Program-made: the position numbers and the translations under genes
Assembly: GCF_009914755.1 (NCBI RefSeq)
Contig: NC_060926.1
Length of the DNA: 64,000 nt
Source of the DNA: the human T2T-CHM13v2.0 reference genome, Homo sapiens
Direction: 5' to 3' (one strand)
The notes under the pieces: generated by a model
What the model was told of the DNA's origin: nothing
Databases searched by the model: none
Seen by the model: only the letters and a program-made list of their open reading frames with translations
Part shown: positions 26,312-43,991 of the stretch, piece by piece
Numbering within the stretch: the stretch's first letter is position 1
Layout: each line of letters begins with the position of its first letter

Positions 26312-27136
26312 CTTTCCCTTTCAAAATATTTTAAGCATGAAATTAATCCCCTGTAACTGACTCGGCCTAGATGTCTATCTGTGTTGTGTCTTGGTTTCTT
26401 CTATTTTATCTACTGACTTAATAGCTTTTTCACACTTTGTGAACATAAGAAAGAAGTATTTTAATCACTGTTAGTGGGAAATAGAGTGCTGTGATATTTT
26501 GGAGGCACGACTGCAAATACTTATCATCAAAAGCTTTTTGAGTGCATATACTCTTTAGCTTAGGAAATCCACTTTCGATTTACAAAACAAATGACACATT
26601 GTTTACAATAATAAAATTTTTTAAAAGCTTAATTATTCTGTAAAGGGAAACCAGATAAGTAAATTAAGGTATACGATATGACTGAATAATCTGGAATCCT
26701 TAAAAATGATGTGGTAGAAGAAGTATATATAACAATGTATATTCTCATTATATTACTTAGTAAAAAATAGCTGCTTATAAAAATAAATGACTAATAGTTA
26801 AGCCCTAATAGTGGAAGTTTTTATCTAATGAGACAATGTATTCTGTCTTTGGGAGATTCTACTTCTAGAAATTTTTTCTAATTATTAAATTTAGGTCTGT
26901 CCTATTAATCACCTCCAATATTATAGAGACCAGATCCAATTGTTCTTCCATTTGGTAGGCAATTATCTTTTCAAGTCTCGTCTTTAATCTTCTTGTTGAA
27001 AAATAAGTTTAAAATTCTTATTTATTTTACTTGTATTTCATATAACAAGGTCTTATGTTTAATTTTTGAACAGGCTGAAATTTTTCCTGTTTTGTTTTTA
27101 AAACCTTATATAGAAACATACATCTAATATTAAAAT

Positions 27137-27433
27137 ACTTGGGTGTGATGTAGTGACTAATGCCTGTAATTCTAACACTTTGGGAGCCCGAGGGAGGTGG
27201 ATTGCTTGAGCCAGGAGTTTGAGAACAGTTTGGGCAACACAGGGAGACCCTGTCTCTACAAATAATTAGAAAATTAGCTGGGCATGTTGGCAAGCACTTA
27301 TGGCTCCAGCTACTCTGGAGGCTGAAGTGGAAGGATCGCCTGAGCCTGGGAGGTAGAGGCTAGAGTGAGCCATGATGTAGCCACTACAATCCAGCCTGGG
27401 CAACAGAGTGTGACCCTGTCTCAAAATATATAT
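27137..27433 (+). mobile_element. AluJ
   Basis: Diverged dimer with J-type ggattgcttgagccaggagtttgag and gtgagccatgat. Confidence 0.9.
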
Positions 27434-28351
27434 AAGTGACCAGTTGAGATGCATGCAGCACTATTACCTACATCATTAATTCAACTCTATATGGTGTTCG
27501 ATTTTTCTGTTACTTTTTATTTCCTCTTTCCTTCTGTTTATTTCTTATTTCCATTTTCATTTTTTCTGGAGTCACATGACACTACTGATGTTGACTAAAT
27601 TTCTAACTTCCACCCAACACCCATGGTGTTTCTAAGCTCCATCTCTTCTACTTTGAATTTGTTAATTTAAACATATAACAAAGCATTACTTTTACCCCAG
27701 TTAAAAGTTTGTATGTTCATGTACTTTATTATTTCAAAAATATTTTTTGTTTTTTCTCTCCAAAGTATGCTGTCCATTTCTCATAGCTTCTAGTCATCCA
27801 CATATTTTTTCAGTTTGCTTCTTCATTTTTCTTCAAAAACATTGATGAACCCTTTTCCACTCAATACTATTAATAGCTTCATAGGCAATAATTAACACCT
27901 GGTCATGTACATAACAACCATTGGATGCCAACTTGAAACTACTAATAAATTCTGTAAGTCTATGAATCTCTCTTCTTCAGAGCTCGGCTTTAACTACTGT
28001 TTCTTTGCTGAACAACTCTTTGAATTTTTAATTTAAGCCAGATTATCTTAGCTCTTATTTTTCTGACACACAGTGAAAGTATAGGCATGTATCCTTATTT
28101 TTAAAATTTACCTTTCCATAGGTAGATTAAAAAAATCCATAGGAGCAGAGACAATTAGTGCTTTGATCACCAAAGTATTTTCAGATTTTAGTGGAAGGCT
28201 TGAGGCATATTAAGTATTCAATAATTTTTTAAATTAAATAGTGAATTCCATAGGATCCATATCGTGACAGAGTTATATTTAAGGGATATATATGCATATT
28301 TATGTATATGTGTGCACATTATACATGTATAAATATATATACATATATATC

Positions 28352-28405
<54 letters not shown>

Positions 28406-28426
28406 ATCTATCTATCTATCTATCTA
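28352..28426 (+). repeat. Tetranucleotide STR [TCTA]13 TCA [TCTA]5
   Basis: Read directly from the sequence; preceded by a (TA)-rich tract. Confidence 0.95.
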
Positions 28427-29347
28427 GAGACCCTTTTCCATAAGTGGTAATAGTTCTTCAGTTAAAAAAGATGTAGCCTCAAATCTATTTTTTAAAAAAT
28501 TTCCACATTTACACCTTTACTGCATGGACATAGAATTGGAAAGGGTGATTTCTGAGGAACCTTCCTGGGTTACCTCAGTAAGTCTTTTGGATGTGTAAAA
28601 GACATGAGTTACACTCTTGATCCTGAGTACCTGCAATTAATCCTAATAGGTTCCACGTAGCAGGTGCTATTAAGGTGAATCACTGGGACTAAAAAAGAAC
28701 AAACCATTTTTGCCTTACTGCAATAGCATTGCAGTGATAATAACACAGTCTTTTGTCACAGTCTTCTCTAGCTACGCTTGGTACTATATTCAATGCCAGG
28801 TGGAAAGAATTCCAAGATTATCTTCATACCTTTGTCAAACTTTTTGTTGAATACTATTTTTTAATGAAAGAATATAAATATCTTAAACTTTATGTTGTAC
28901 ATTTCTGCTTTTGAGGGTTTGTGTCTATGAATTTGTGTGTCATTATATATGGCTTTGTTCTTTCTTTGCTGAATTTCTTCCACCTCTATTTAATCCATGA
29001 AAATGCAAGCTAGAGACATTTATAAATATTATGAAAGTTGCTAAATTCATTTTCAGAAATAAAACTCTCTAGTTTACCAATCTGCTTATTCTTTCTTTAC
29101 ATAAATTTCTCATTGTGGCAAGCTTTGTCCTCTACTAAGCCAAGCAAATATAGCTCTTTTTCTCTCATCGGATGTGCCAGACTCTTCTAATCTCTCATGT
29201 TATTTCTTTTTAAGCATGGCCAGAAAGAAGAAAATGTATTTTATTTCAAATAAATTGTTTTATCTTTAATGCTGGATGCTCTTATTGGTGAGTGCAATTG
29301 TGTGTATGGGTGTGTTTAATCTCTGAAATCACATGTCTCTTCTGGAT

Positions 29348-29533
29348 CAGGAGTCTGCAAACATTTCCACAAAGCATAAGATAGTAACTATTTTATACTT
29401 TAGGATATAGTTGCAACTGCTTAATTCTACCCTTCTAGTGGGAAAAGAGCCATAAAAAGGCATAAATAAATGCACATCTAGTGTTCCAGTAAGATTTCAA
29501 TTCTAGCCTGTGATGGTAGTTTCCTAACCCATG
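29348..29533. mobile_element. MER58A (hAT-Charlie) DNA transposon
   Basis: Termini caggagtctgcaaac ... tagtttcctaacccatg. Internal agatagtaactatttta and gtgttccagtaag. Confidence 0.75.
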
Positions 29534-30874
29534 CTCTAGTTTACTGAGAAAATTAATATTTTCTATTTTTGCTTTATTTCATGCTTTCTAACTTTTGACA
29601 ACAAATATATTCAGTGTTCAGAAATGGCATCTTTAAAATTTTAAAAATATTTTTTCTAATATTTAATAAATAAAATACATGTGTAGACTTAGACATTAAG
29701 TGTATTTATGCATTTTTGCTATACATAGACTTCCCTCCTTTAATTATTAGGGGAAATTATATTGGACTGTATATACCATTATTTTGGTTTTCCACATTAT
29801 ATTTATATCTAATTTCAGGATTTGAAACACTGTAAGGAAGAAAAACCTTAAATAATTTATTTTCTTAATAGTTTTGTAGAGCCTCACATTTGATTTCGTG
29901 GAAATTTTATCTTTATATGTCCACAACCTATAAGGTTATTAGTGTGAAGACCAGTTTACTTCTTTGATTTCTGTTATATATCTTTTGAAGTATGCTAATG
30001 TAATGGAATCACCAATACACATGCAATGTGCTTTATCTGGTTTCATTAAAGGTGGTAAAAAAAAAAAAGGAAAAATAACAAACTATTGTCATCATGTAGT
30101 GTTGTAATGATATCCTTGACTGAAGTTTTCAAAGCATCAACTTTTTAATCAGATAAATAAATTATCTTCAGAGTCAGCATATTGAAGGCTGCTGGCTGAC
30201 AGAAATAAATAGATAGGAGAAAAAATTGCAATGCAACTTCAGTAGAATAATATTAAGGTTAAACAATAATTCAACATGTTGTGGTTACATATGTGTATCC
30301 ATACACAATTCCACATATGTTTGTTCTGTACATGATTGTATTCTTATATATTATGCAGTTAGACAATAAATTTTTAATATTCTGGAAGCAGAAATAACAC
30401 CATTTTCACATAGATCCATCTAACTATTCAATAAAACTTATCAAACTCATAGAAACATATTTATAACAACCTATGCTGGCTTAATACATTTTAGTAAAAG
30501 AACAATTTCAGCTTATTACCTAATTTAATATGACATTCACAACCTTCTAACAAAGTCAGGTAAGTAAATTTATCCCCTCTTTATTAATGAGGACAGTGAG
30601 TTTACAGTGATTACTCATCTTGCTTATGTTTTTATAATAAATAAATTTCATTTTTAGGATTAGAGAACATGAATTATGATGCCTGGTATACATTCCCCAC
30701 TCCCCTGTCTATAATAATTTCCTTTCCCTTGAATGGCCATTTAAAAATAATCAAATTTTGACTCAAATATACAATATATGTATAAGACATAACTCAAACT
30801 ATTTTGCCCTGCCATGCCATAAATAAAATTTGTTTTAAAATCACTTTTTATTAATGTTATATTCTTATGGAATA

Positions 30875-31270
30875 GGCAAGACAGGTATTATTACCCCCCT
30901 TTTTTCTGATAAAGCTAAAGAACAAAAGTTGTTAAGTGAGTTTATTGTTATACTCCTAGTACCACACAAGCATTGTAAACTCCAGCTTGGTTTCTGGGGC
31001 AGAAACAGGAAACTTTCATCAAATAGTAACAACGATAATAATGATAGAACAAAAAAACTTAATAACTAGTACTCATAGGTCATTTAATGTGTCAGGTGTT
31101 TTCCTAAATGCTTTACATATTAACACCTTTCTAGAGATGAGGAAAGTAAAGACAAAAGCTAATAAAGACAAAAGCCAGTAAAGACAAAAGCTAGTAAATG
31201 ATGGACTGTGGACTCATTCAGACAATCTTATCACACAGTCTGTGCACTTGACCAGAGCACTCTGCCACCT
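30875..31270 (-). mobile_element. MIR fragments with an internal 16-bp triplication
   Basis: aggtattattacccccctt...ctgataaagctaa matches the MIR core. Three imperfect copies of agtaaagacaaaagct at 31145-31198. Confidence 0.5.
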
Positions 31271-32359
31271 CTTTTACTAAATTAACCTCCATTGTGTCCA
31301 ACAAAATAAATATTAGTGAGTAGTCAATGGTACAAATAGTTACAAAGTTAAGTAAGGTGACAGTTTAACAGTCCCAAAATAGGTATATAAATATGTACAA
31401 AACAATAAAACTATACATTTGAACAGTAATTTACATATTAATGATTGTTTCAGAATAGTTTCACGTACATTATTTTATTAGTCATAATATATCCAAAATT
31501 GCAGCAGCTAAAAAGTGTCAATACATAATTTTTATTTATTTTTCTTGATGAATTACAATTTTAAACACTATACGTAAATTTTAATTCTTTATCCATCAGT
31601 TTAAGATGTTCAGTTTGACCTATTATCTATTACATATGGTATTAGTGCTCCACATTAATCTCTAAACCTTTTCCTATTTCTGCAATTAGGTCTTCCTCAT
31701 GTTATCTAAGTTGTTAATTCTGTATACTTAAAATCTAATAAACAGATGGTATAATTTTATCCTTATACAAATATTATTCACCGAACAGCCATGTATTATA
31801 ATTACATCTGTGGAGAAAATAAACAATTGAAATAAATTATTTTAAATACCAAGGTCAAGTGAATTTTAATCTCTTGGCATTCCATTAAGCTTTACAAAAT
31901 CATACTACCAAGGACCATGTTTATCTCCAACAAAACAAAACTATTTCCCCTGAATTTCAATGGGCCTTTTTTCTTTGAGAAAAATATGTCAGATGATTGA
32001 CTTCTGCTGCCTATTTTAATTACGCAGTTGTTAAATATCCTAACTTGACTCAGTTGTTTTGTAGGCACATACATGCCTTCCACGATTTTTAAAAATTATT
32101 TTGTTGTACACCGCTATTTTGAATATGTACTTTCTTAGATCCCTTGTCTTTCTCCTTTTTGTATTTCTAGCTTTTTTATATTATAAATGAATGAAAATGA
32201 CATAGAACTGGAAACTCTAATGAAGAATCAAGTGAAAATTTTAAAACTAAAAAATTGCAATAGCAAAAACTAAACAAACAAAGGGTAGACAGGAGAATAC
32301 ACAGAGATGAGAGGAAGATTAGAGAGCAGCACATTGGCAAAAAAATACTCACATTGAAG

Positions 32360-32482
32360 CTGTGTGGGTCCTCCAGGGAGACCCTGAGACACAGCTTAGC
32401 ATTCAGAATGTTTATTTCAGAGTTCCCATGAGATTCACACTTTGAATGAGGAGGAAGCACCGTAAGGCAAAGGAGGAAGATG
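32360..32482 (-). mobile_element. LTR16-like ERVL LTR fragment
   Basis: gggtcctccagggagaccctgagacacagcttagcattcagaatgtttatt. Confidence 0.45.
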
Positions 32483-32489
32483 TATGGGT

Positions 32490-33975
32490 TATTTTGGAAA
32501 CCTTCCACATCCAAGTTTCTGTTCACTGCTGCTAGGATGCTGATCAAGAGAGTGTTTTTATATTTAATCTTCATTATCTAAGGATATTCTGGTCACATGT
32601 TTGAGTTAATGAAATCACCTTTGAGGAAAGTTGTATGACATAAACATTATTTTTGACGAGAATTTCAGTTGAAGGAGGAGTAGAACTGTCATCAAGAAAT
32701 AACACAATTTTGCAGTTGTTATTCCATCCAGCTTTTCTGCAGTGAGGATGAGCCACTGATACAAAATGTTTCTGAAACCAATCAGAAAAGATGTCCCTGG
32801 TGCCCTGGTGATCCATGTTTCTTTGTTAGCATAATAGTGGAAGAGTAAAAAATTCACTCCTTGAAAACAGCAAGCAGGCAGGCTTTTGCCTATCACAACA
32901 AATCTATACTTAACGTGTGTCTACTGCATTATTACATCCCACCATAGTTATTCTGTGCTTGGCATTTTAAATTTCTGTAGGGGTTGTCTCATCAGCTGTA
33001 GTTAGTGTCTTTCTTGGGCAATAATGCCAAAGCAGTGATATTTTCTTAGCGTCATAGACTTGTTCTAGCATCAGATTTTCATCAGTGATACTTTAGCAAA
33101 CTCATCAATGAATTTCTCTGGGAAGGATCACTGCGGGCCTTTAAAAATTTAAGGCTGTATCTTTTCTTAAATTACTCCAACAAGCCTGTTGAATATTCAC
33201 AGTATCCTCCAATTTTCAGTTCATTGCAATAAATCTTTGCTTGTTTCATGATCAACATACCATGACGTGGCATGTATTCACTACAATGCTCACAGCTCTA
33301 ATCTTTCAATACACAATAAAGATCTTCATTTTTAAGCTCTATTCAGTGTTTTTCTATTTATCATTAACTGCTGTTCATCACTTTTAACATAAAATTCAAA
33401 AGTTTATACTTTTGTTTCTTCAGGATATAGTATGGTGGTTATTTCAGCACCATAATTTTCTGTAAAATACTTCACATTTACAACTTTGTCCAGTTTCTCC
33501 AACGGTTTGACTTTCTATGTTATTGATAAACTTAAATACTTTCTGATGTTTTGTCACTGTTATCCACAGGGTTATCTGCAAGAGCTGACATTTTCAACAA
33601 TATCTTTACACCACACAGCAAAGGATAAGCAAAAACAACACAGTGAGCAATGCACATAGGTCTTGCCCCATCTGGGGCATCGTCAGGAACCTGCTGTTGG
33701 TGCATCCAACCTGCATGCATGCCATTTTATTACTCTTTGTAAGTGTGCTTACTGAGGGAAGCTGGGCATGAGGAAGAAAATATAATGCAGCTGAAGGGTG
33801 TTAGGGTCATTTTTCCCTCAGGGATGCTGAAGAAACTGTGTATTATACACCTGAGTTTTGATTGTGACCTGTCACATGGGGTCAGGTGTGAAATTTTCTA
33901 CTTGTGGCTTCATGTCAGAACTAAATAAGTTTTGGATTTTGGAGCATTTTGTATTTTGAATTTCCAGGTTAGGAA
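32490..33975 (-). mobile_element. Tigger4 (Zombi) pogo-family DNA transposon, one end missing
   Basis: Terminal sequence gtcacatggggtcaggtgtgaaattttctacttgtgg...tttggattttggagcatttt, with a decayed transposase on the minus strand. Confidence 0.85.
32495..33590 (-). pseudogene. Disrupted pogo/Jerky-like DDE transposase of Tigger4
   Basis: Frameshifted ORFs IGKS...YYANKETWITR and DIFSDWFQKHFV...KIVLFLDDS...SLTQTCDQNILR match the DDE_1 motifs (LxxDN, QPxDQG) of Tigger/JRK proteins. Confidence 0.85.
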
Positions 33976-34477
33976 TAATATATATCTATATCTATATCTG
34001 TATCTCCAATTATATTCTCTTGTCTCTTGACATACATACATGCTGCTGCTTGTAGTTATCCAAAGGTTCACCATTAATCTGTTTATTCTCCTCTTCCTCC
34101 TCTTTCTTTGTCTTCCCCTTCTTTTTCTTTCATTTGTTTGTTTGTTTTGGGTAGTTTATATTGCTATGTTTTTAAGTTCATTAATATTTTTTCTGAAATA
34201 TTTAATGTGACATTAATCACTTCCAGCATAGTCTATATTAAACTTCTTAGTTTCTATCTCAAGAAGGTTTATTTAGATTTGAACATGTATCTAAAATGTC
34301 TCTACAAACACATCCAATCTTTCTTCTAGCATTTAAATGTATGAAATGCAAGTATAACTGTTATTTCAATAGCCTTATCTATGAAATTCTAAGCTCTATA
34401 TAAATTCTGGGTTGCTTTCAATTGATCGATTTTTCCCATTATTGTTAGTCATACTTTCTTCATTCTTTGCATACCTA

Positions 34478-34789
<312 letters not shown>

Positions 34790-35089
34790 CCTATTTTTAA
34801 ATAAATGCCAGAAATTGTGATTTTACTATTTTGGAAACTAAATACGTAGGTACTCTTATAAATGTTCTTGAGATTTGCTCTTGGATGAGCAACTGGTTTA
34901 TTCTTTCAATTCCTGCTTTTTCTATTCATGGGGTGAGATCAGATTAGCATTTAAGCTACACCTAATTTTTCCTCACTGCTGGGTCAAAGCCTTTTTACAT
35001 ATTCTGTTCAATGAGCCATAAATATAGATATTACCCCAATCTGACTAGTGGGAATAGAAAAACTTAAGAAACTTGCCAATCTAATTCTT

Positions 35090-37950
<2,861 letters not shown>

Positions 37951-40750
37951 TTACCCTTTTAATTCCTTTGTAGTATTTCATAGTGGGTGGTTTCCAAACT
38001 TTACTTACTACATGTCAAGATCAACCTTCCATTACATTTAAAACTAGCTTTCTGATTAAGATGTTAGGTGTGGGTTATTGTTTAGCTCTAAAATCTGTTG
38101 AAAGATGAGTTTGAAACATATAGCTTATAAAATGAAGACTAAAAAGATGTATCTATTAACATTAAAAATTTGAGAGAAGGGCATATTATGATTGCAAAAT
38201 AAAAGCCATTTTAAAAGACAAAAATATAAAAGAAACAATTGAATATACTTATTTGTGTATTTAGCCTACTTTTTTATCCATCTGGATAACTGGTTGTACC
38301 TACTATAAGTATAGATAATTTGAATATATATCCAAAATATTAACCACAGTTATTGTTGGGTTACACAATGACTAGTTTTGTTAATTTTTACATATTTTCA
38401 ATATTCTTATAAGGAACATTATTATGTAATAAGAATTTTTAAAGAAGCACTACTAATTAAGGACTTTTTTTTTTACTAATTACTTACATATGTTTTCCTA
38501 ATTCTCATAAGAATCATAAACAGAGATATTGTTTGTACCTCCTATGACAGATTAAAGTCAGAGTTTTCTACAGGAATTTCAAGGAATGTTGATTCAATTA
38601 TTTAATCAAATTAAGTTCATCCTTCATCAATTAGATTTACATTTAGAGATGAGTTAAAAGGCGATAGATGTAATTCCATCAGTAAAAATCTATAAGATTA
38701 TTAAAACTTTTGTCTTCTCATAATTTCATTTTAGAGAAACATTTTAAATGTTATCCTTTAAATAAGGTAGGCTCCATTCAAGTTTCCCAATGGTCATAAC
38801 ACAAGAGGGAGATGTATTAAAAGATGTCAGGAATAAAAAGTCAATATACTTGTTATCAAATAGTTAACATTAAAATGTAAGAAGGCCTTTGAAATAAATG
38901 TGATTTTGAATCAAATCACAAAGAAGATATTAAAATATATAAACCATTTTATTTATAAGTCAATAGTGCACCTACATAAGCAGACCAAATATATTTCCTT
39001 AGGAGTGCATTTGTCAGTGTATGTGTGATATAATACATTTGATTTTTAAGTGTCCTATATTTTATCTTTAAGTAATTTTAATTATACCATAGACTATATG
39101 ATTAGTGCTCATAATTTATTTAAAAAGTAGATATGTATAATTTAAAAAGCAAAATTACTCCTTAATATTGTCCCATCCTATAATCGATAGAATTTTTAAT
39201 AATATTATACATATTCTTTTTCATAAAATGGTACTTTGCAGTAAAAAAAAAATAGAATTTAGCAGCGTAGCATTGAACATTATTGTAATTTGGAACCACA
39301 CAGTTTTTTTTTTTTTTTAACTTCAAAGTTGGACTCTGAACGTTTTAACAATTTGGAAAGCCCTGTGACCATTACATCTTTTTTGTGTAGTTCAACCTCG
39401 TTAAAAATACTTGCTAATGAATTTGGAACCAAGAGCCTGCAATCACAAAGTGCAAATTAAGACTTCTGTTATCATTAATGTAAGTAAACACCCACAAATC
39501 AAGACAAAATGGATCCCTATATTCTAAACTTTGAAGTTTTTATGAGAAATAAATTAACCATAAAATTAGAGTGCAGGCAGTTTTCTGAAGAAAAAAAATC
39601 TTAAAGGTACTCTGAAATACTTAAAAGGCAATACTTCCTTTACAAATTTAGGCAGAGACACATAAGTTGAACAAGGCAATTTGAAAATTGGGCAAGATTT
39701 AGATTCCCATTAAAAGTGGCCTTTGCTTAAGTTTTCTGAAAGTGAATTAGACTCACTGTAAGTGGCTGCTACACAATAGTTTAAAAAACCAAAAACAACA
39801 CAGATGAAGTGCTCTTACCGCCTTAGACTCCTCAAACCTAGATATTCAGGGAAGTCTCTCCAAAATGATGACTACTTCCAAGATCACTATTTCAGAGCAG
39901 AATAAATAAAGTTTTTTGAAGAGCATGAGAAAAAAAATAAAAGAAACATTAAAATGCAGACAAATGTGTATGTTTAAGTGTTTTATTAATGAGAAGGAAT
40001 TTGTATTTTTTAACAAGTACTCATTTTAAACTTTCAATTTAGAGATAAATGTATATAAGAACATATACAATTTAGATACTGTGCATCCACAAATAATTAT
40101 AAAAGTAAGATCATTTAAAAGGATAAGATCTAAAGAATACATGAACACTAATCCTTTTTAGTGTGACAATGTAAAAATAGAAATCTTATAAATATGAGCC
40201 ATGAAGCATTCTCATCAGGATTTCATTGCAAAACATGAGACCAAGTCCTGAAAGGCTGATTATATTAAATATCTCGACATATGTTGTTTAAGTCATGTTA
40301 ACTTAAGCTTCTACCACTATTAAAAGTTACAAAAATACTTTAAGACCTTATTATAATTTCTTTCATATGTCGTTTGAATTTGATGAAAGAAACTAAGGCA
40401 TATTTCAAGTTTCAAAACATATATGTTCAGGATTTGCTAGATCAGATTTGAACCACTCAGCTTAACAATGTACCTTTCTAAAAGCATTGCTTTTATCATT
40501 ACAACTTCAATTTTAACACTTAGACAAGATTTTGAAGGATCAAAGATAGGTGTCCTTTATTTAGATGAAGTCAATCAAGGAGGATTTAGTTAAAACTTTA
40601 ATGTTAAAATTTAAAAATTTCCAGAACCTTGTTACTATGGCAATACTTATTTTTAAGTCAAAATGGTTAGCATTCAGAATTCAGTTTAGAATAATTTTAA
40701 ATAACCTTTGTTCTCTAGTCCCTAGTTCCTAACATGTTTGCCTCAGAAAT

Positions 40751-40823
40751 CTCATTGAAATGAAAATATATATAGAGAGAAATATGATTAAAATTAACAT
40801 ATATATATTTTCATTTCATTGAG
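40751..40823. repeat. 24-bp inverted repeat (23/24 match, 25-nt loop)
   Basis: ctcattgaaatgaaaatatatata (40751-40774) versus tatatatattttcatttcattgag (40800-40823). Confidence 0.85.
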
Positions 40824-40899
40824 GTATGTGTGTATACACACAGACACACACACACGCCTATTTTGAGAGCGAGCGAGCGAGAGAGTTATCAGCAATTTC

Positions 40900-41700
40900 T
40901 ATTGGTTCATAATTCCACATTGTTTCTTTATTTTAGACATTTCCATTATTAAAGAATGGCCATCACAGATATAGTGTTCTCTTTTTTGGTGAATTTTAAA
41001 AGGACATTGTATTTAAATATTTCAGATCTATTTATATGTGTAAGATATAACCAAAATCTGTTCACCTGTCGCCCAAATCAAGTTCAGTTAAACCTATTTC
41101 TATCTTCCATCTCTTTCCCTTGGGAATTTTATCTTATTCATTTTTCTACCTTTATAGACAGATTCCTAAACTATTGATAATACGTTTTCATATTTTAAAT
41201 TTTGACCGAAGTACTTTTATATTGTTTGTATTTTTCTACAATTATAGTATTCTTTGCTATCTTAGTTGTGTTACTATTTTTTAATAAGTTTTCAGATTAG
41301 GAGGTCTGTTTATTGATGTTATATAGAAAATATTACAATGGTTATGTTCATATTATATTCAGTAAACTTGTTTTATTTAAACGATTTGCTTACAGATTCT
41401 CATGTTTTGTTATCAAATGTTTTGAAAATAATGACAGTTTGTTCATTGCCAAATTTAATATTTCTCATTTTTTTCCTTTGTGTCCTCTTATTCTGTTAGC
41501 TTAGACCTTGAACACATTGTTGCACAAAAAATAGCAAGTACCAGGAATCTTGTGTTCTTTACAATATTTAAAAAAAATGCATCTTGAACTTTGAAATTTA
41601 TGATGTTTTCTGTAGTTTTTTGGTAGATAAGCTTTACCGGGAAAGAGTTAACTTTCTATTCATAATTTCATTTTAGAAAATAATATTCTCCTGTAGGAAT
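40900..41700 (-). mobile_element. Highly decayed L1M ORF2 fragments
   Basis: T-rich antisense L1 motifs such as gaaaataatgacagtttg, ttagcttagaccttgaacacattgttg and gttttttggtagataagcttta. Confidence 0.5.
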
Positions 41701-42745
41701 AAAATGTATTTGTAAGTAATTTTTAATAAAATTTAAGTATATATTAAATCTCACGTGAAAAACATATAGCCTCTGATAATTAAAAAAAAACTGAAAAATA
41801 AAACTAAACTGAAAACCAAGATATTTCTCAATTGTAAACATAGATAATTCATATGTTAGTATACAGCAGTACACACAATCCAGAAATATATTACTTGAAT
41901 CACGCTTCTCAAAAATATTTATTTCAAAAATCTTAGAATGGCAGTTTATTACCATGGAATTGAAAATCCTAAGGAAGATTTTTTACAGACAGAAATCCTG
42001 GTTCTTTCCCTTAATACTGTGTCCTTGAGCACACTATTTACTCTCATTAATACTTTCTTCAGGGTTAATTTAATTCATGTTATCAATAATTTAATAATAC
42101 CTCAGACTATGTTTTAAAGATTTGTGAAATAAGTTTTTTAAATAGCATATATGGATACAAAGGAAACATTCATTATTGTTGAAAATCTTAGCTATTGGAT
42201 CAATGTCATCATTTTTGTTTTAAATAAATAAATAAGACAATAAACTAATTACTCAAAGAGAATATAAACTATTATCGCTTTCTGGTTACATGATTTCTTT
42301 GAATATGTTTATATTTCAGATATAAGTAACATTTTAAGCTACATTAATTGAATGTGAAAAGATAAATAGAATAAAATGAACATAACCTAACTGAGGTCCC
42401 CTAAATTAGTGAAATATTATGGCTATTTCTATAATTAGTGTTCAGAAACCTGGCCACTTAGAGAGTCAAATTTTTATGAATGGTTATCTCAATAGCAATT
42501 TTTGGTTGATTTGTTTTCTTTATGATATTTTCTGTCTTGTAAATTTTACCCAAAGGATACATGAGTTTTATAACACTAAAACAAACAATATTTTTATAAT
42601 AAATATTGGACTAAAAGTTTCCCCATTGTGTTTGAATTTTTTTTTTGTAGATTTCAGAATCAGAACTGAAAACAAGAGACATAGAATACTTCATTTCTTA
42701 AGGACAGTCATTGACAACCTGGGCTGCACACTTTTCCCTCAGAGC

Positions 42746-42995
42746 CAAACCAAATTGCCACGTGTTCTTACTTACAAGTGGGAGCTAAACATTAGGTGCA
42801 GGTGGACCTTAAGGAAACAATAGACACTGGGGACTATTAAAGTAGGGAGGGAGGCAAGAGTTAAAAAACGACTTCTTGGTTACTATGCTCACTTTCTGGG
42901 TGATGGAATCGTTTGTACTCCGGATCTCAGCATCATGTGATATACCCGTTAACAAATCTGCACATGTACCCCTGAATTGAAATAAAGTTAGAGAA
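42746..42995 (+). mobile_element. Older L1PA (PA15-17-like) 3' end
   Basis: gtgttcttacttacaagtgggagctaaacatt...caatagacactggggact...ctcagcatcatg...aacaaatctgcacatgtacccctgaa. Confidence 0.9.
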
Positions 42996-43302
42996 AGAAA
43001 GGAGGCTTCAGATTCACAGGATGACCAAATGGAAGAGAGATTAATAGAAAATACACGAACTAAAACGCACAAAGAACAAAAAAACAGAATAGAAAAAAAG
43101 AGAGCAGAAGAGACATAGGACACTGGGAAAATTTCTACCAAACATACAGTTACGGTCCAGAGAGTAGTCATGAGAATGGAGGCACAATTAATATTTGATA
43201 ATGCAATTCCAAAATATTGTCAAAACTGTTGAAAGACACCAATTCAAAGAATCAAGAACATCTGAGAACCCCCAATAAATAAATAAAATGTGTACCATAG
43301 TA

Positions 43303-43472
43303 CAATTTTTCTCAATGTTTGGCTGCAGGAATGCCATCATCACCACTCGGGAATTGGTTAGAAATACAAATTCTTAGGCTCCACTTCAGACCAACGAAAT
43401 CTGAAACTCCGCCTACAGGGCCCAGAGATTTGTATTTCAACAGGCCCTCCAAATGAATGCTTTAGAATTACT
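43303..43472. mobile_element. MER5A DNA transposon
   Basis: gttagaaatacaaattcttaggctccacttcagacc...aatctgaaactc...tttcaacaggccctccaaatga. Confidence 0.8.
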
Positions 43473-43685
43473 AAGCAAACTGATAGGAAAAAAATAAACA
43501 AATGTGAGTAACTGCAGAAGAAAATAAGACAAATATAATCATATTGTTGTAAACTAATATACAGACCCAAAATATAGCAATTTCAATGTCTATTATCTTT
43601 TGTAATATCTAAGCATGCAAGTGATCCAGCGAATGACGATGTAGATCTAGCAAGTGCATCAATGTTGTAGCAAGAGTTTATACCA

Positions 43686-43991
<306 letters not shown>

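Noticed and set aside
32574-32896. JRK/TIGD-like domesticated gene
   Set aside because: It has frameshifts and stops, a degenerate catalytic motif, and sits inside a Tigger4 with its terminal sequence. It is a dead transposon copy.
42640-42760. Possible exon after a polypyrimidine tract and AG (ttttttttgtag) within ORF 42419-42823
   Set aside because: There is no convincing donor site or recognisable protein, and the ORF runs into an L1PA 3' UTR. It cannot be supported without transcript data.
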